From Lingula anatina (Eukaryota; Animalia; Brachiopoda): 64,000 bases of DNA. Numbering within the stretch: the stretch's first letter is position 1; each line of letters starts with the position of its first letter. The notes below the pieces were generated by a model. That model saw nothing but the letters and a program-made list of their open reading frames with translations, was not told where the DNA came from and ran no database searches. Position numbers and translations under genes: made by a program. The DNA is taken from NCBI GenBank assembly GCA_051362555.1, contig CM120645.1:124001-188000 (forward strand), in the 5' to 3' direction. Below, one piece after another: positions 25,601-41,000 of the stretch.

Positions 25601-27183
25601 GAAATTTTATATTAATTTTGGAAATTTTTATTTATGTATTTTTTACATTTTTACACACTTTGTGAATTCTTACTAGCGCTCATGCATATGGACTTCCTGT
25701 GCATGTATACTTGTACCATTGTTTTGAAAATAAAATTTTATCCTGTTGTTTTTTTACCCTCTATTTTTTATTGAATATAAAAGAGGTAACTGTTCATATC
25801 AGCCCAAAATGGATTCTCCTGGAGTAAATGACAATTTCCCCCTTCTTACCAATAGTTACCGGGGTACTGAATCAGTTTTGACATTCAAAATTAGTCTGTA
25901 CTGTTAATTTTTTAATTAATTTTAATATTTCAAAAGATTATTATAGAGTACAGCCACCATGTGATTGGATGGCAAGAACAGTTTCCAAAATAATTGTGAA
26001 AACTACCATTTTGGTGGTAAAATGGAATATATATTGTATATTCCTATGGGTTCTTTACACTATTTATTCTTAAATGTGAATCTCAGTAAAACAGTTGTTA
26101 ACCCTTTAAAATATTAATTTAAGAAACGATGAATTTGTCTGTGCAAAATAAAGAAAAACAATTTTGTTTTATTTTAAACTTAAGTTTTGGACTCAGAAAT
26201 GTTCAATTACCTACATAATTTCATAAGTAACATTGAAACATATGCAAGGTACATGTACCGGTAGTAGGGCATAGAAAAAGAAGGTGCAACAATATTAAAT
26301 TTACAAGTTAGATATAAAACTGACACGCATTGTTTGACTATCAATTGAAAACTGTAATAATATCCAAAATAACCGGTGATAATCGCCAAAATAAAGTAAT
26401 CTGCAAATGTAAACAAACGCCGAGTTGGGCCCGTCTTGGGTCATGGATGACGCAAAAACCTGGATTTTGCACGATTTTTGGTACAAAAAATTCTGCAACA
26501 ATTTTTTCCAAAGATGGATTTTAATGATTTTTTATACATACAATATTGATTAAAAGATACGTTATCTCTTATCCGGAATTTCCCGCACACTCTCTAGTTG
26601 AGGAATAGTGGCCAATGTTACGATGTTGCCAAGGTCAAATTTTACCGCTCAGTGCGACTTTGACGAACGCAAGCTCACTCTAAACGACAAAATTTCAGTA
26701 GAAGGCTACGTGAATATGAAGTCTACATACCCCACAATCATAATATCGTATTAGACTTGCTAAGTATGCATTTATTTAAAGTATATAGCCATTTTTCGAC
26801 CAAGTTTAAATTTTTACAAAATTTGAGCCCGACGTTACGTCCTGGCGCGAGAAAACGACGTTATATCACTCCGCATCGACAGTATGTGTCCTACTGTCAA
26901 AGAAACTGCGAAAAGTGTGCTGTAGGATTTCTAGCGTAAAGTTACCTGACAATGAGGTGTACACTGAAACGGAGAGAAATCAGACATGAGCAGAAGGCAT
27001 TATTTTCCCCAAATGAAACTTTTGTGCTGCAGCAGTGTCTAATTTGTTTGATATTTTGTTCAACTTAAGTTTAAACCATGCAGAAACTTGTGGCTTCTAC
27101 TGTAGGTCAACTCCGAGGACCGCGAAAAAGGACCTGCAAAAGACTCGATTGTTTTAATTTAATGTCATTTCAGTTCTGGATAT

Positions 27184-27226
<43 letters not shown>

Positions 27227-30200
27227 TATCAGTGTTTATCAGGTCATAATGAAATTTATCTATAAAGTCAAATATCGCTTTTAAAAAATTAATGTGTGTA
27301 ATTCATATGACCTAAAATTCAGAATAAGTATCAGTTCATTCTGATGCGTTTTGAAATCCAGTTGATACTTGGGAGTATTCACAGTTACGTCTGATTTTTT
27401 ACTTTGTTGTTACATTTATGTCCCAAGTAACAAAAACAAAATATAACACTGTCTTTTCTTATGAAAATCCGTTAATATGAAGGGAAGTATATGTTGCTTT
27501 AATACAACATTAGTTTTTTCTTGGTAAATAAAATTGTCCATTCCATAAGTCTAAGTCTGGCATTTCATTACTTATTTCACAGCTGGGTCTTTTTTTTGGT
27601 CTAGTTTTATGATGATAATTTTTCTGCACTTAACGCGAAAGAATTATGCCACCCAACAGAGAGTTGAGACAGCATTGATAATTGTTGTAGAGTTCCAGTA
27701 AGAAAGAAAATCTGTTCTTGAAAAAATGTGTGTGTAGAGGGAGGGGGGCTTAAATCACCCATGTGTATTTGAGAATACCATGTTGACATTTTTTACTGAA
27801 AACTAAAGAAAAGAAACCCGTAGTGGTACATACATGAATAGATAAAGCGCACAAACAATGCTTCAAGGGGTAATTACATGGAGGCAGAGGGGAACCTTGC
27901 ACCAAAGAAAGGAAAGCCAAGAGGTTTTCCCAGACCCAGACAATGTAACTGAAAGAAAGAGGAAAAGTTAGCTGCCTAGGATTTCATTGTAGTATTGTGA
28001 TTCTGAACCATGGAAAATGAAGGTAGAAAGAGAGGTAAAAAAGAGGGTTAGTGTTTCAGCCTTTTTCTTGATCTGTCTGTGCATTGCTAATTAACTGAAC
28101 AATTCTTTTATGACTGCAGAGGCCCTGCTCTTACTACACCATCACCATCTCAGAGTGGCATGTAAGAATTTGTTTTTGGTCCTAACCTCTAAACCAACAT
28201 TTCCATCTTGACTAAAATAGATTGGAAAAAGACTATAGTTACAGTGGCCTGAAATAATTTCAAGGGTTCTTTTTAAATGAACATTAATTACTATCATGAG
28301 GAGAATCATATAGAACAAATCTCAAGAAGAATAGAAACTACTGCCACTGATTTTATTTCTGTGTGTGCTGAGATATACAATGGGAGGTGACCTTATGGGT
28401 CCCTTTTGTCAGACTTGTTTATGTTACAAGACCACATAAAGAATACCAGATATCAGTGACTTGAGAACACTATATACTTAAACTATGTTTGTCTGTATCC
28501 ATAGTAACTGACTACTATTAGTTACTATAAACTATAACATGGCCTATATCAGGAAATAAGACGATAAACTAGTGTTGATAGACTGGCTGATATGTATTCC
28601 TATGTTATCTGCAGTGTGGTAAACATACCCCCATGTGTGCTGACTACCACAACTAGGAAGTTCTAAAATTTAGCCTTGAATGGACATGTATAGTAACTGT
28701 TGGCTTGGTTGTTTTGATATTTGCACAGCAAACCTTTGGTGTCATTGTCCTCTGTATGGGTGAAGAGAATCAGGTGTCAAAATTTAGTATATACATTGTA
28801 TGGGGGGGCATGATCCCTTGAATTTTAATTTTATTTATGTGCATGCTATTTGTGGCATTTTGAAGTTTATAAAGTCTGCAGTAATGTGGTGCATGGTGCA
28901 TTTTTTTTCCTCTCAAAGAAGAGGATTTGGGCTAATATTCTGCTCAGAAGTCAGGGGGCACAGTCTGAGGACAAGAAGTACGTTGCCTGTTTGCTCCCTG
29001 AATCTCTGGTCCCTGAACTGTGACATATGATCACAAGATATCAATGGTTTCCTCAGCTGTGGCATAGAGACCCTTCTATCTCGCAGTTATGTCAGCCTGC
29101 CGAGATTACTGATAGCGTCAAATTAATCATCTGAAAAGTGCACAAACCATCATTCCTGCGATGCCCCTTCAGTGAGAGACCCAATTTAACGCAAAGTTTA
29201 CACAGTGTTGAGATATGTTTGCTGTTTAAGGTGAATGGAACAAAACAGACTTTTACACTCATAACTAAAAGGTAAGTGTATAAGAAGTATTTGATAATAA
29301 CACATTTATGAAAAAAATAAAAAAGTTTTGAAAGATAAATTTTATGTTAAAATGTGAAAGAGAGAATGTATGTTACCCGCATTACTATTTGTTGTCAACA
29401 TTAACCAATTCCATCCAATTCCATAACCCTTTTCTTTGTTTTGAAAAAGAGCTTTTGCTGGATGGACATTTTCTCCATTTGTGAGCACAACCAAAAGGAA
29501 AAAAAATGAAAGTGCCCCCTTTTAGCTTTCTTGATACATGATAAATGCACACATTGTTTGCTGATAAGTTTCTCAGGCCTATACTTTAATTTGGTATGAT
29601 TTAAACTTAGACCAGGTCTCATAGTGACTATAACTGAAAACTAATTAATTTATGTTTCAGATTTATCAGGAGGAAGTATCAGGAGTGGAAGAAAACACAG
29701 GAGAGGAAAAAGGTTGGCCTCTTGTCACATAGATTTTTATTATCACACAATTTATAAATTACAGTGCCATCTATGAACTTTAAGTTAATGGATTTTATTT
29801 GTGGCAGATAAATCTGTGATGGTGGAGGATAACAACATGGACACTGTGATCACCTGACTAGCGTTGTCATGGTTACGGTAAAGGTTATTTGCTCATCCTA
29901 GAACTACACTGCCAAACTTCTGAATTACTTTACTATTGTCCAGTAGAGTAAACATCAAAGTAAAATAAAATTTTTTAACTAATTCATCATAATTGTTTTA
30001 AGGTGCATGCAACTGATCGTCAACAGTTATCTAATAACCTGAAAAATGGAAGAGATAATTGCTATAGAAATAAAAGCAAAACTAGGGCACTAGCTACTAC
30101 ATGTAGTATCTCAGACAACCAAAAACTGCATCATACAGACATGAGAATTTATCCACTGACAATTGGGGAGAGCGTGTGAAGCCTTACTTTAAGGTTATCA

Positions 30201-30950
30201 ACACCCTGTGCCTCTGTTCAGTAAACAGACAGAAGATAAAGATAGGGTACAAGTTAAGGTATTTTGCACAAGGCTGATTTGTGAATGTAACCAAAAATTA
30301 TATTTCTTTGGAATTTCCCGACAAAATGTCAGTTATGAGTAACCTTCATCTCTTTATAAAGCAAGTTGTCCTATCATTATGCATTGCTATCTTCCTCTCT
30401 TTCCCAACATACACACACACACACACATTTGGTAGAGAAAAAGATTATGCTGTTTGAATAAACTTGATTGTATTTACTCAGGTTTGACATTGCAAATAGC
30501 AAATTGGAAAAAGTGACTTATTGCACACAAGATTTCCATGTGAAAGTCGCCTAAAGCTGCTGTCATTTGCTGATTAAAAATGTTTCATGTCATGTGCTGA
30601 TTAGAGAAATGTTTCAGGACTTAAATCACAGTGAACCTTGTGTTACTCATAGCTCAACTCAGAGTTTGTTATGTCAACTGCTGTACATAAAATATTGGTG
30701 TTACAGCATTTCATACTTAGCCTAGTTTTGTGTCTGTTTCAGTTTAATGTATGCATCATACTTGAAAACTTTGACTATTGATCTCGAGCACCTCCTTTTA
30801 TTTTTTCTAAACAGGTTCATTTCTTCATGTGATTTAATTCTTGTTAGAAATTTTGCATGACTGTATATCCTACTTTGTCATATTGTTTTCACTGAAATTT
30901 TACTGAAAAGTCGTGCTAAATTTTTTTTCAGTGCCAGTGAAGAATCAAAG

Positions 30951-33900
30951 ATGGTTCATAAAGACTCCATTGCTGTGTGGATCTACTGTGTAGTCTGGCT
31001 GGGAAGTCTTCAACCAACTGAAACACAACCTTCACATACCTCACTGACCACGATATCTACATTAACATCTGTAACAGCTGAGTCCTATCAGTTATCAGTT
31101 ACAACACCTACACCAGTACATTTATCTACATCATCACAGTCACCTGCAACATCACAGTCATCTACATCATCACAGTCATCTACATCATCACAGTCATCTG
31201 CAACATCACAGTCATCTACATCATCACAGTCATCTACAAAAGTACAGCAGTCTGCTTCATTAAAACCATCTTCTCTTACCCCCTATACCACAGAGACATC
31301 TACAGGTACCTCAGTAGAAACAACTGTCACAGTGGCATCTCCAGTAAGTCCAGTTTCCACAGTGGAGCCATCAAAACCTGCAGAGTCAGCTAAGTCTTCT
31401 GCATCTTCACTACAGACACCCCCTGCAGTTTTATCAGAAAATGAGACAACAAAGATGACAACATCAGGATCAGCCACAACAACATTAGCTCTGAACACAC
31501 CATCATCTACATTACTAACAGCAGGGAATATTACAACATCAGGATCAGCTACAACAACATCAGCTCTGAGCACACCATCATCTACAGTACAGACAGAAGG
31601 GGATATGACAACATCAGGATCAGCTACAACAACATCAGCCCTGAACACACCATCATCTACAGTACAGACAGAAGGGGATATGATAACATCAGGATCAGCT
31701 ACAACAACATCAGCTCTGAACACACCATCATCTACAGTACAGACAGAAGGGGATATGATAACATCAGGATCAGCTACAACAACATCAGCTCTGAACACAC
31801 CATCATCTACAGTACAGACAAAAGGGGATATGACAACATCAGGATCAGCTACAACAACATCAGCCCTGAACACACCATCATCTACAGTACTAACAGAAGG
31901 GGAAATGACAGCAATGTCACTTTCAACAGCATCAACATCAACAACTTCAGCAGAGCAAATGACATCAACAACATCAAAAACATCAGTACATACAACAACA
32001 CCTACAGTAGAGACAGCAGTGGTAGAGTCTACAACATCTGCAGTAGACAGTACAACAACATCTGCATTAGTGATAGACCCATATGTAGCGAATATAACAT
32101 CATCAACAGTTGAGACAACACAACCAAGAGTAAATGCAACAATGGTAGAGTCTACAACATCTACAGTGAAGGTTTCTGCAGTAGAGACAACATCTATAGT
32201 AGAAACGGCATCATCTACGGTAGACACAGCACCATCTGCAGTAGAGACATCTACAGTAGACACAGCACCATCTGCAGTAGAGACATCTACAGTAGACACA
32301 GCACCATCTGCAGTAGAGACATCTACAGTAGACACAGCACCATCTACAGTAAAGGCATCTCCAGTAGACACAGCACCATCTGCAGTAGAGACATCTACAG
32401 TAGAGACAGCACCATCTACAGTAGAGACATCTACAGTAGACACAGAATCATCTACAGTAAAGACATCTATAGTAGAGACAGCACCATCTACAGTAGAGAC
32501 ATCTACAGTAGACACAGCACCATCTGCAGTAGAGACATCTACAGTAGACACAGCACCATCTGCAGGAGACACAGCACCATCTACAGTAGAGACATCTACA
32601 GTAGACACAGAACCATCTACAGTAGAGACATCTACATTAGAGACAGCACCATCTATAGTAGAGACATCTACAGTAGACACAGCACCATCTGCAGGAGACA
32701 CAGCACCTTCTACAGTAGAGACATCTACAGTTGACACAGAACCATCTACAGTAGAGACATCTACATTAGAGACAGCACCATCTACAGTAGAGACATCTAC
32801 AGTACAGACAACATCAAAAGTTGAGACAACAATGATGGAGCCCACAAAATCTACAGTTAAGGCTTCTACAACATCTACAGAAGAGACAGCAACATCTATA
32901 GGAGAGACAACAACAAAATCTACTGTAGATACAACACCATCTACAGAACAGACAACAGCATCTACAGTAGAGAAGACATCACTGGCAGTGGAAACATCAA
33001 CACAAGAGACAACAACAAAATCTAAAGTAGAAACAACACCATCAGTAATAGAGACAACATCATCAACACTGGAGGCAACAACAACATCTACAGTAGATAC
33101 AAAACCATCTACAGTACAGACAACATCAACAGTAGAGTTGGTATCACCAGCAGTAGAGACATTATCAACACAAGAGACAACAGCAAAATCATCAACAGAT
33201 ACAACATTCACAATACAGACAACACCTTCTACAGTACAGACAACATCATCAGCAGTACAGAAAACAACAAAATCTACAATAGATACAACATCATTTACAG
33301 TACAGACAACATCATCAACTGTAGATATGACGTCGTCAGCAGTAGAGGCAACATCTGCAGTGGAAACACCATCCTTATTAGAGACATCATCTACAGTGGA
33401 TATAGCAACAACGTCTACAACTGAGCCAGAAACATCTACCATAAAGACAACACCACTTACATCAGAGACATCATCTTTACCAGAGACAACATCACCTATA
33501 CTACAGACAACATCTACAGTAAAGGCATCGTCAACATTGAAGCCACCATCTACAGTTAAAACAACATCATCTACAATGTTTGCAACAACACCATCTATAG
33601 TAGAGACAACCTTATCTATAGTTAATGCAACATCTACAGCAGACACAATATCTACACTCAAAGCAACATTTACAGTAGAACCAATAACATCTTCAGTGAA
33701 TGCTACATCTACAGTATCTACATCCTCTTCAGTACAGACAACAGCATCTACAGTGGGTACAACACCATTATATACAGAAGAAAGCAACACAACTTTACTA
33801 GAGACAACATCATCTGTGGTAGAACCAGCAACGCCTACAGTAGACACATTATCTACATTGAAGACACCATCTACAGTACAAATCACATCTTCTACAATTG

Positions 33901-34290
33901 TTGAAACAACCCCATCTACAGTGAATGCACTATCTACAGTACAGACAACATCATCAGTAGAGACAACAACAACATCTACAGTATGGACAACGCCATCTAC
34001 GGTGAATACACCATCTACAAAAGAGACAATGCCATCATCAGTAGAGGCAACAACAACATCTACAGTACAGACAACCCCATCAACAGTGAATACACCATCT
34101 ACACTAGAGACAACATCATCATCAGTACAGACAACATCTACAGTACAGACAATCCTATCTACAGTGAGTACACCATCTACATTGAATACAACATCTACAG
34201 TAAAGACAACAACACCCACATTAGATACAACAGCTGCAATGTCCAGTGTGAAAACAGCACCAACAACCATGTCTTCTCCCAGAACTACAG
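30951..34290 (+). CDS. First coding exon: signal peptide + Ser/Thr-rich mucin domain with 25-aa and 12-aa internal repeats
   Basis: Acceptor tttttttcag just upstream; hydrophobic N-terminus IAVWIYCVVWLGSL; repeats TTSGSATTTSALNTPSSTVQTEGDM and VETSTVDTAPSA; donor ACAG|gtgagt. Confidence 0.9.
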
Positions 34291-35007
34291 GTGAGTACAA
34301 GAAGATGGCCATCCTTTGTTTTCAGCAAGTTAAAGCAGAAATGGAAATGGTTTAAACTTATGCCAGGACATAAACTGCAATAATTATGATATGTGTGGGC
34401 ATAATACTGTTACATTGTGTACCAGTAGTTGAACATTTGATAACAACATGCTTTTTATTATCAGATGTACTTAACGTGTGGTTTAAAATTTGAAATTAAA
34501 GGTGTTTGATGTGAAGATCAATATGTAGATACCAATTTTCATGTGTTAAGTTAAGATAGGTTTACTGATGTAACACATGTATTACAGGCTTTTTAAGATA
34601 TCCAAGAAATTTAAGCACATATTTTTTAAGCTGAATAACACATTGTAAACTTATTGCTATTCTTTATTTTTACAGTACCAGTATCTTCCCTTCAGTTTGT
34701 TACCAGGAAACATGCTCTGAGCATCCCAGAAAACACAAGTGTGGGGACAGGTATGGAATAAGCACTGTTATAACTAGCTGGTTTGTAAATCATGAGAGTT
34801 ATGTAATCTGAAAGTGAAAAGTAATTGTATTCTGCAATTCATTCCTCTAGCTGTCACCAAAACTAGGTTTACAGCCATGCTTACATAATATAGGGTTTAA
34901 TTTAACTGTCTGAAATACTCAACAGAGGTAAGATGCAATTCATTCTCAAAAATGGGCCAGATATTTTTTAACATTCAACTTCTCTTGCTTTATACATAAG
35001 TGTTTTG

Positions 35008-35070
<63 letters not shown>

Positions 35071-38000
35071 AAGAATTGCATGCGTATTATTGTATGGCTA
35101 AATCGCTGTTATGACTGAAATAAAGGTGAAAGAAGGGGGTGGCCCCTATTCAAGAATTTCTGTGAAGAAATTTTCCTTTACGAAATGCAAGTCATACTAC
35201 CGTGTCCTCTTTGTTTTCAGTGTTATATAACCTGACACTTACTGGAGGAATACCCAACCCAACACAGGACTTTGACTTTACCTTACTCAGTGATGGCAAT
35301 GGAACCTTTAACCTCACAGAAAGCAGAGCTATAATACTGACCAGACCTCTTGATTATGAAGTCCAGAAAACACATGTGATATTGGTCCAAGCTCGTATGA
35401 CAAAAAGCAGCATTGAAGATATTAGTAGTAGAGACTGTGTTGAGACCACAATGGAGATAACAGTGATGGTAGAAGACATTGATGAGTATCCTGTGATGTT
35501 TCAGTATTATAGCAAATCTACAACCTATGGTGAAAACTTTACCACAGGGATGTCAGATGTAAATGTCCCTATCTACTGGATTGTGATATCTGCAGATACT
35601 GAGGTGGGAACATCCATATTTAGGTTCACAGTAATGGATGCAGATAGAAGCCCCCCTGCAGTGACAGGATTTCATTTACATGGAAACAACTCTGCACAGG
35701 ATTTCCTAGGAGTGACATCAGAGGGGGAATTGTACACAACTGATGTTATTCCTGTTAATACATATGTTTGCCCCTTTGGATGTGCTGTGCAGGTATATGA
35801 ACTCCTTGTCACTGCCTTGCAAGGCTCCCAGGAATTCACATCCAAGGTTCTACTGGTCATCAGGGATGTTAGAGTAAGACTGAAGATTGAAGAACATTCT
35901 TACCTCCAACATCTTCAAATTATAGATTATATTTCTTCAAATGGGACTTCCATTGTTGATAGTTCTCTTTCTGCATTTGTCAATGACAGTGCTGTATTTT
36001 ATGTCAATAATTATGAACTTGAGATCTATCACTTGAATTATGAGTCCATACAAGAGTATCACCTGCTGCTGAACTGTTCCTATGGCGGTTTCTCTGTTCT
36101 TACAGTTCCAATTGTGTTAGAGGTGCTGGATGTGAATGAACACATTCCAGTGTTTGATCAGAGAGAATGTTATCTAGCAGTTCCAAGAGCAAGCCCAGCT
36201 AACACCAGTATTGCTGTGATAAAAGCAGAAGATGGTGATGACGGTGCCAATCTGGTCTATAACCTCACTGAAGGAAGTTACTATTTTTGGTTGACTGACT
36301 GTGGACAATTGCAAACAAAAATTGAGATGGATTTTATGCCAAATTCTCTTCAAGTTATTGAAGGCAAAGTGAGTGTTTCTGATGGTCTCCATTTCAGTGA
36401 GACCATGGTCCATGTCCTTGTGTATGCTTTGGATCTAGAATACCATATACCAGAGAACCAAACAGTGGGCAATACTGTGGTTCCTAACTTGTGTGGAAAT
36501 ATGTCAGCTTATGAGTATGCCAACTGCAGTATTCTTGACCCAACAGGGACATTTGCAGTACACAGAGGTGACCTTGAAATTGTTTCAGATTTGGATTTTG
36601 AGTCAAGGAATACTTACATATTATTACTGAATGCCATTATTGCTACCATTGAAAAGAACATTACTGTCACAGTTCATGTACTTGATGTCAATGACAATCC
36701 ACCTCTCTTTCTTCAGCAGCAGTACAATGTTACTGTTACAAGGGAGACTAACCCGTATACCCTTCTTACCACCCTCACAGCAGAGGATGCAGACCAGGTT
36801 CAGAATATCACATACAAATTACTTGGGAATGACACTGAGAACTTCCTGATAAATAACTATGGTCAAGTGTTCAGTTTGTCATCTATGAACTTCTCCAACA
36901 GTTTAATTCACATGGTCAATTTGACAGCTCAGGTCACAGATGGTGTCTATACCTCCCATGTTTCACTTCTGGTTGTCATTGCTGCAGATCAGTTATATAT
37001 CAAGGTGCCCGAGGACACCCCAGATGGAAGTGTTATACAGCCAAATATCTGCAGTCCAGAATTCTTACTACAAGGAACATGCAGCCTCTCTGGAAATGAC
37101 TCTACATTTGGACTGGTGGCTGAAGAGGCCTTGGTGCTGCAGGGTTCATTAGACTTTGAATTAAAGGAGAACTATGACCTTACATTAACTGCAATAACAG
37201 CAGACATTACCTGGATTTTACCTATACATGTTCAGTTGTCAGACACCAATGATGAAATCCCCTTGTTTCTGAATGAAGACCATTTCTTTGGGACTGTCAG
37301 GAACTCATCACCTCCAAATATGACCATTTTCAGCATCAGGGCCAGTGACATTGTCAGATCAACACTGGAGTTCAGCCTTGATGACACTGGAGCAGAATAT
37401 TTCCAAATTTCTCACTGTGGACAATTGCAGACCACAAGTTCCTTCCCAGCACAGCTTCAAGCTCCTTTTCATTTTGTCAACTTCTCCATATCTGTCACAG
37501 ATGGTGTCCATGTCACCACAACCATTGCTGGAGTCCTCATTTCTGCTGAGTCATGGCAGGTGTCTGTGACTGAAAATGACACAGAAAATAACTTTGCCCT
37601 CCAGAACTTATGTGGAAACCTGAACTCACATGGAGGAACTTGCTCAGTGACTTCAGAACCAGAAATACCAGGATTGTTTTACAATGTCTCTGAAAACACT
37701 TTGTATCTCAACACAAGATTAGATGCCAGAATTCAAAATATTTATGAGGTAAAGGTTCAGACCTCATTGTCACCATTTACACCCATTACAGTTCCAATAT
37801 CAATCACCATAATTGATGACAATGACCATGTACCCCAGTTCACCCAACAGTCTTATTCTGCCATCCTCCGTAATGGCAGCCATGAAAACACCATTGTCTC
37901 TGTGGTAGAAGCTGTGGACGGAGATCTGGGGAACAACTCTAAACTCCAGTACACAATTATCTCTGACCCTTTGGGCTTCTTGAATATCAACAGCTATGGA

Positions 38001-41000
38001 CAGATTTATACCAGCAGTAGACTTAATATGTCAGATGTGATCAGTGATGTTGAAGATCTCATAGCATACACAGTACAGGTTACAGTGGAGGCCAGAGATT
38101 TAGGAACACCTCCCAAATATAACAGCACTACAGTGGATATTATATTCCTTGCTGATCAGTTTGAGATCAACATTAAGGAAAATGTGGATAATATAACATT
38201 TGGAAATATAAGTGTTCCTGCTTTGAGGAGTGTAGACTTTGTTGGAGCACCTGCTGGTATAAGTGTATTGCAAGATTTGACCCACCTTTGGCTTTCAAAA
38301 GGGTTGGATTTTGAGCAGAACTCGAGCTTTCACTTCAGCCTCAATCTTACCCTGGATGACAGCCACTACACTGTACCTGTGACAGTGCATGTCATTGATG
38401 TGAATGATGAACCTCCAGAGTTCAGTGAAAGTGTCTACAACTTCTCAGTGCCAGATGGTGCTAGGTACTTTACAATGATCAATATGACCACTGCCACTGA
38501 CAGGGATTCTACACACATAACATACTCCATAACAGATGTGGAAGATGCCAGGAATTCAGTGAAGGAACTATTTTTGGTGAATGAAGAAACAGGAGCACTG
38601 TACACTAATGATCAAATCCGTTTCAGAAACCTCCTTAGAGAAAAGCGCTTCAAGTCAAACAATGACACTTACCTTGAGTTCATGGTATGGGCATCAGATG
38701 AGAACTTCACAGCCAATGCTACAGTCAGAGTGACTGTTCTGAAGTATAATCCTAATTCCTTCAACCTGGAGAACACCACCGAGGCCTTCTTACTGGAAGG
38801 AAATTACAACAACTCTTTACATTTAGTAACCAATAAAACAGCTCGAGCAAATTTCTCTGACTACAACTTTCAAGTGACTGCAAAGCAAGATGAAATGATG
38901 TTCTTCATCAATGAAACAACTGTAAGATTTTTTTCTTGGTACAATATTTTCTGTTTTATCTATTTATGTTAATATTTCAGATGGGATCTTGGTACTGTGC
39001 TACTTTGTCAGTCTGTTAAAAATTTATAGAAAATGATGAAGAAAAAAGATTAACTTATGGTGAATCAAAGTCAAGCTTTGTAAAGCATGCTGCTGTGATT
39101 TTTTACGGTATGGTGTATCACAATATCAGTCTATATTCCTTTCATTGTAGTATACTTTACTAAATTCTATTATTTATAGGGATTCATCTATACAAACAAA
39201 GTATTTGACAGGGAACAAAATGACAATTATATAGTGTATGTGATGGCATTAGAGGAGGAAGTGGATAGCTGTCAATCTGTGGTGAGTGTATTTTATATGT
39301 CAGCTGTCAATCTGTGGTGAGTGTATTTTATATGTCAGCTGTCAATCTGTGGTGAGTGTATTTTATTGGTCAGCTGTCAATCTGTTGTTTGTGTATTTTA
39401 TTGGTCAGCTGTCAATCTGTGGTGAGTGTATTTTATTGGTCAGCTGTCAATCTGTGGTGAGTGTATTTTATTGGTCAGCTGTCAATCTGTGGTGAGTGTA
39501 TTTTATTGGTCCACTGGTGAGATTACTGCCCTCTAGTAGCCAAAGATGAAATTAATTTTCAGACTGATATGACTCATATGACGACAGTGCTAGGTTTCAC
39601 AGTAAATTTAAAAAACAATATGTCTCAACTTAAATGTTGACAATGCACAGCATATAGATGTTACATATTATGTAAATATGTTTAATATATATATTGTCAG
39701 GGGCAGATCCAGAGATATTTTCTGACTCTTCCAAATAATCTCTATTGATCCATCCTCTAATTGACCATCTTCCAACAGAAAAAATAGATGCCCATCAATG
39801 TATACATAAAAAATGTTGACTGTTTTCCAGAAGACCCAGAGGGCAGCTTCAGTCCGCCCCTGAATGTAGATAGTCATGGTGGATTGATCTCCATTAAATA
39901 AATATACATATATACAGTTTACATGTAAAGTACATCATCACTATCTTGTTTTCCAGGTGATAGCCATTGTAAATATCACTATCAGAGATGACAATGACAA
40001 TGCACCTGTTTTCTCTCATACCACCTACAAGGGAACAGTACAAGAGAACACAACAGGTGCTACAGTGGAATTACAGGTATTAATATTAATATAGTAAATT
40101 TAGATCATTATGATTTACTCAGTATTATAACATATTGCAGTATGTAAATTAAAATGAAGGATTAATGTTAATTGAACTACTTGCATTTAATTAGCTTTTT
40201 GTTTATGCCTGCTGTCAGTTTAATAGTTGGTAGAGATGAGATACTTACAGGTGGTATGGACATTCATGAGTGCACCTCTTTTGTCCAAAAAGCCACTTCC
40301 TAAAAAATACATTGTGCGTGCCTCCAAATGACAAGGTGATTTTTTATGGCCACAGATAATGATGATTAATTGACTGGTAGTTTACATGTAAAATTGTTTG
40401 TCCTAAAGTTTATTGTATTACATATACAAAAATTTTTCTTCAACCCAGAAATTAAAATCAAAGGAGTTGATAGTACTACAATGTATATTTCATTACTTTG
40501 GCAGCCACTCATAGCAGCATCAGACAAGGATATTGGATCAAATGCTTTGATACACTATGCACTACTGAATGGGACAGATGCCTTCCAAATTAACAACACA
40601 TCAGGGGTTATTTGCACCAATGGTATTTTGGACAGAGAGGAGACAGACAGTCACACTGTCCTGATTTCAGCCTCAGATGGGAAGTACAATGACACAGCAA
40701 TAGTTAATATTACAGTGGTTGATGTGAATGACAATGCTCCTGAATTTGAGATGGAATTCTATCAATTTAATGTGTCAGAAGACCAAGAAGTGGACACAAT
40801 TATCGGTCAAGTCTTAGCCACAGACAGGGACAGCAGCAGCACCACATCACTGCACTACAGAATTGCGGAAAATGATGAAAATAGAAATTTCAGAATGAAA
40901 CACCCATTTGCGTCCGGTAAGATCTGGATTTACAGTAGCCTTGATCGTGAGAAAATCCCAAATGGCACAATAAAGTTTCATGTCATTGTGGATGATTCAA

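Noticed and set aside
31283-34312. 1009-aa antisense ORF (V/D-rich)
   Set aside because: Shadow of the mucin exon: its biased ACA/TCT/GTA codons leave this antisense frame stop-free, and it has no independent features.
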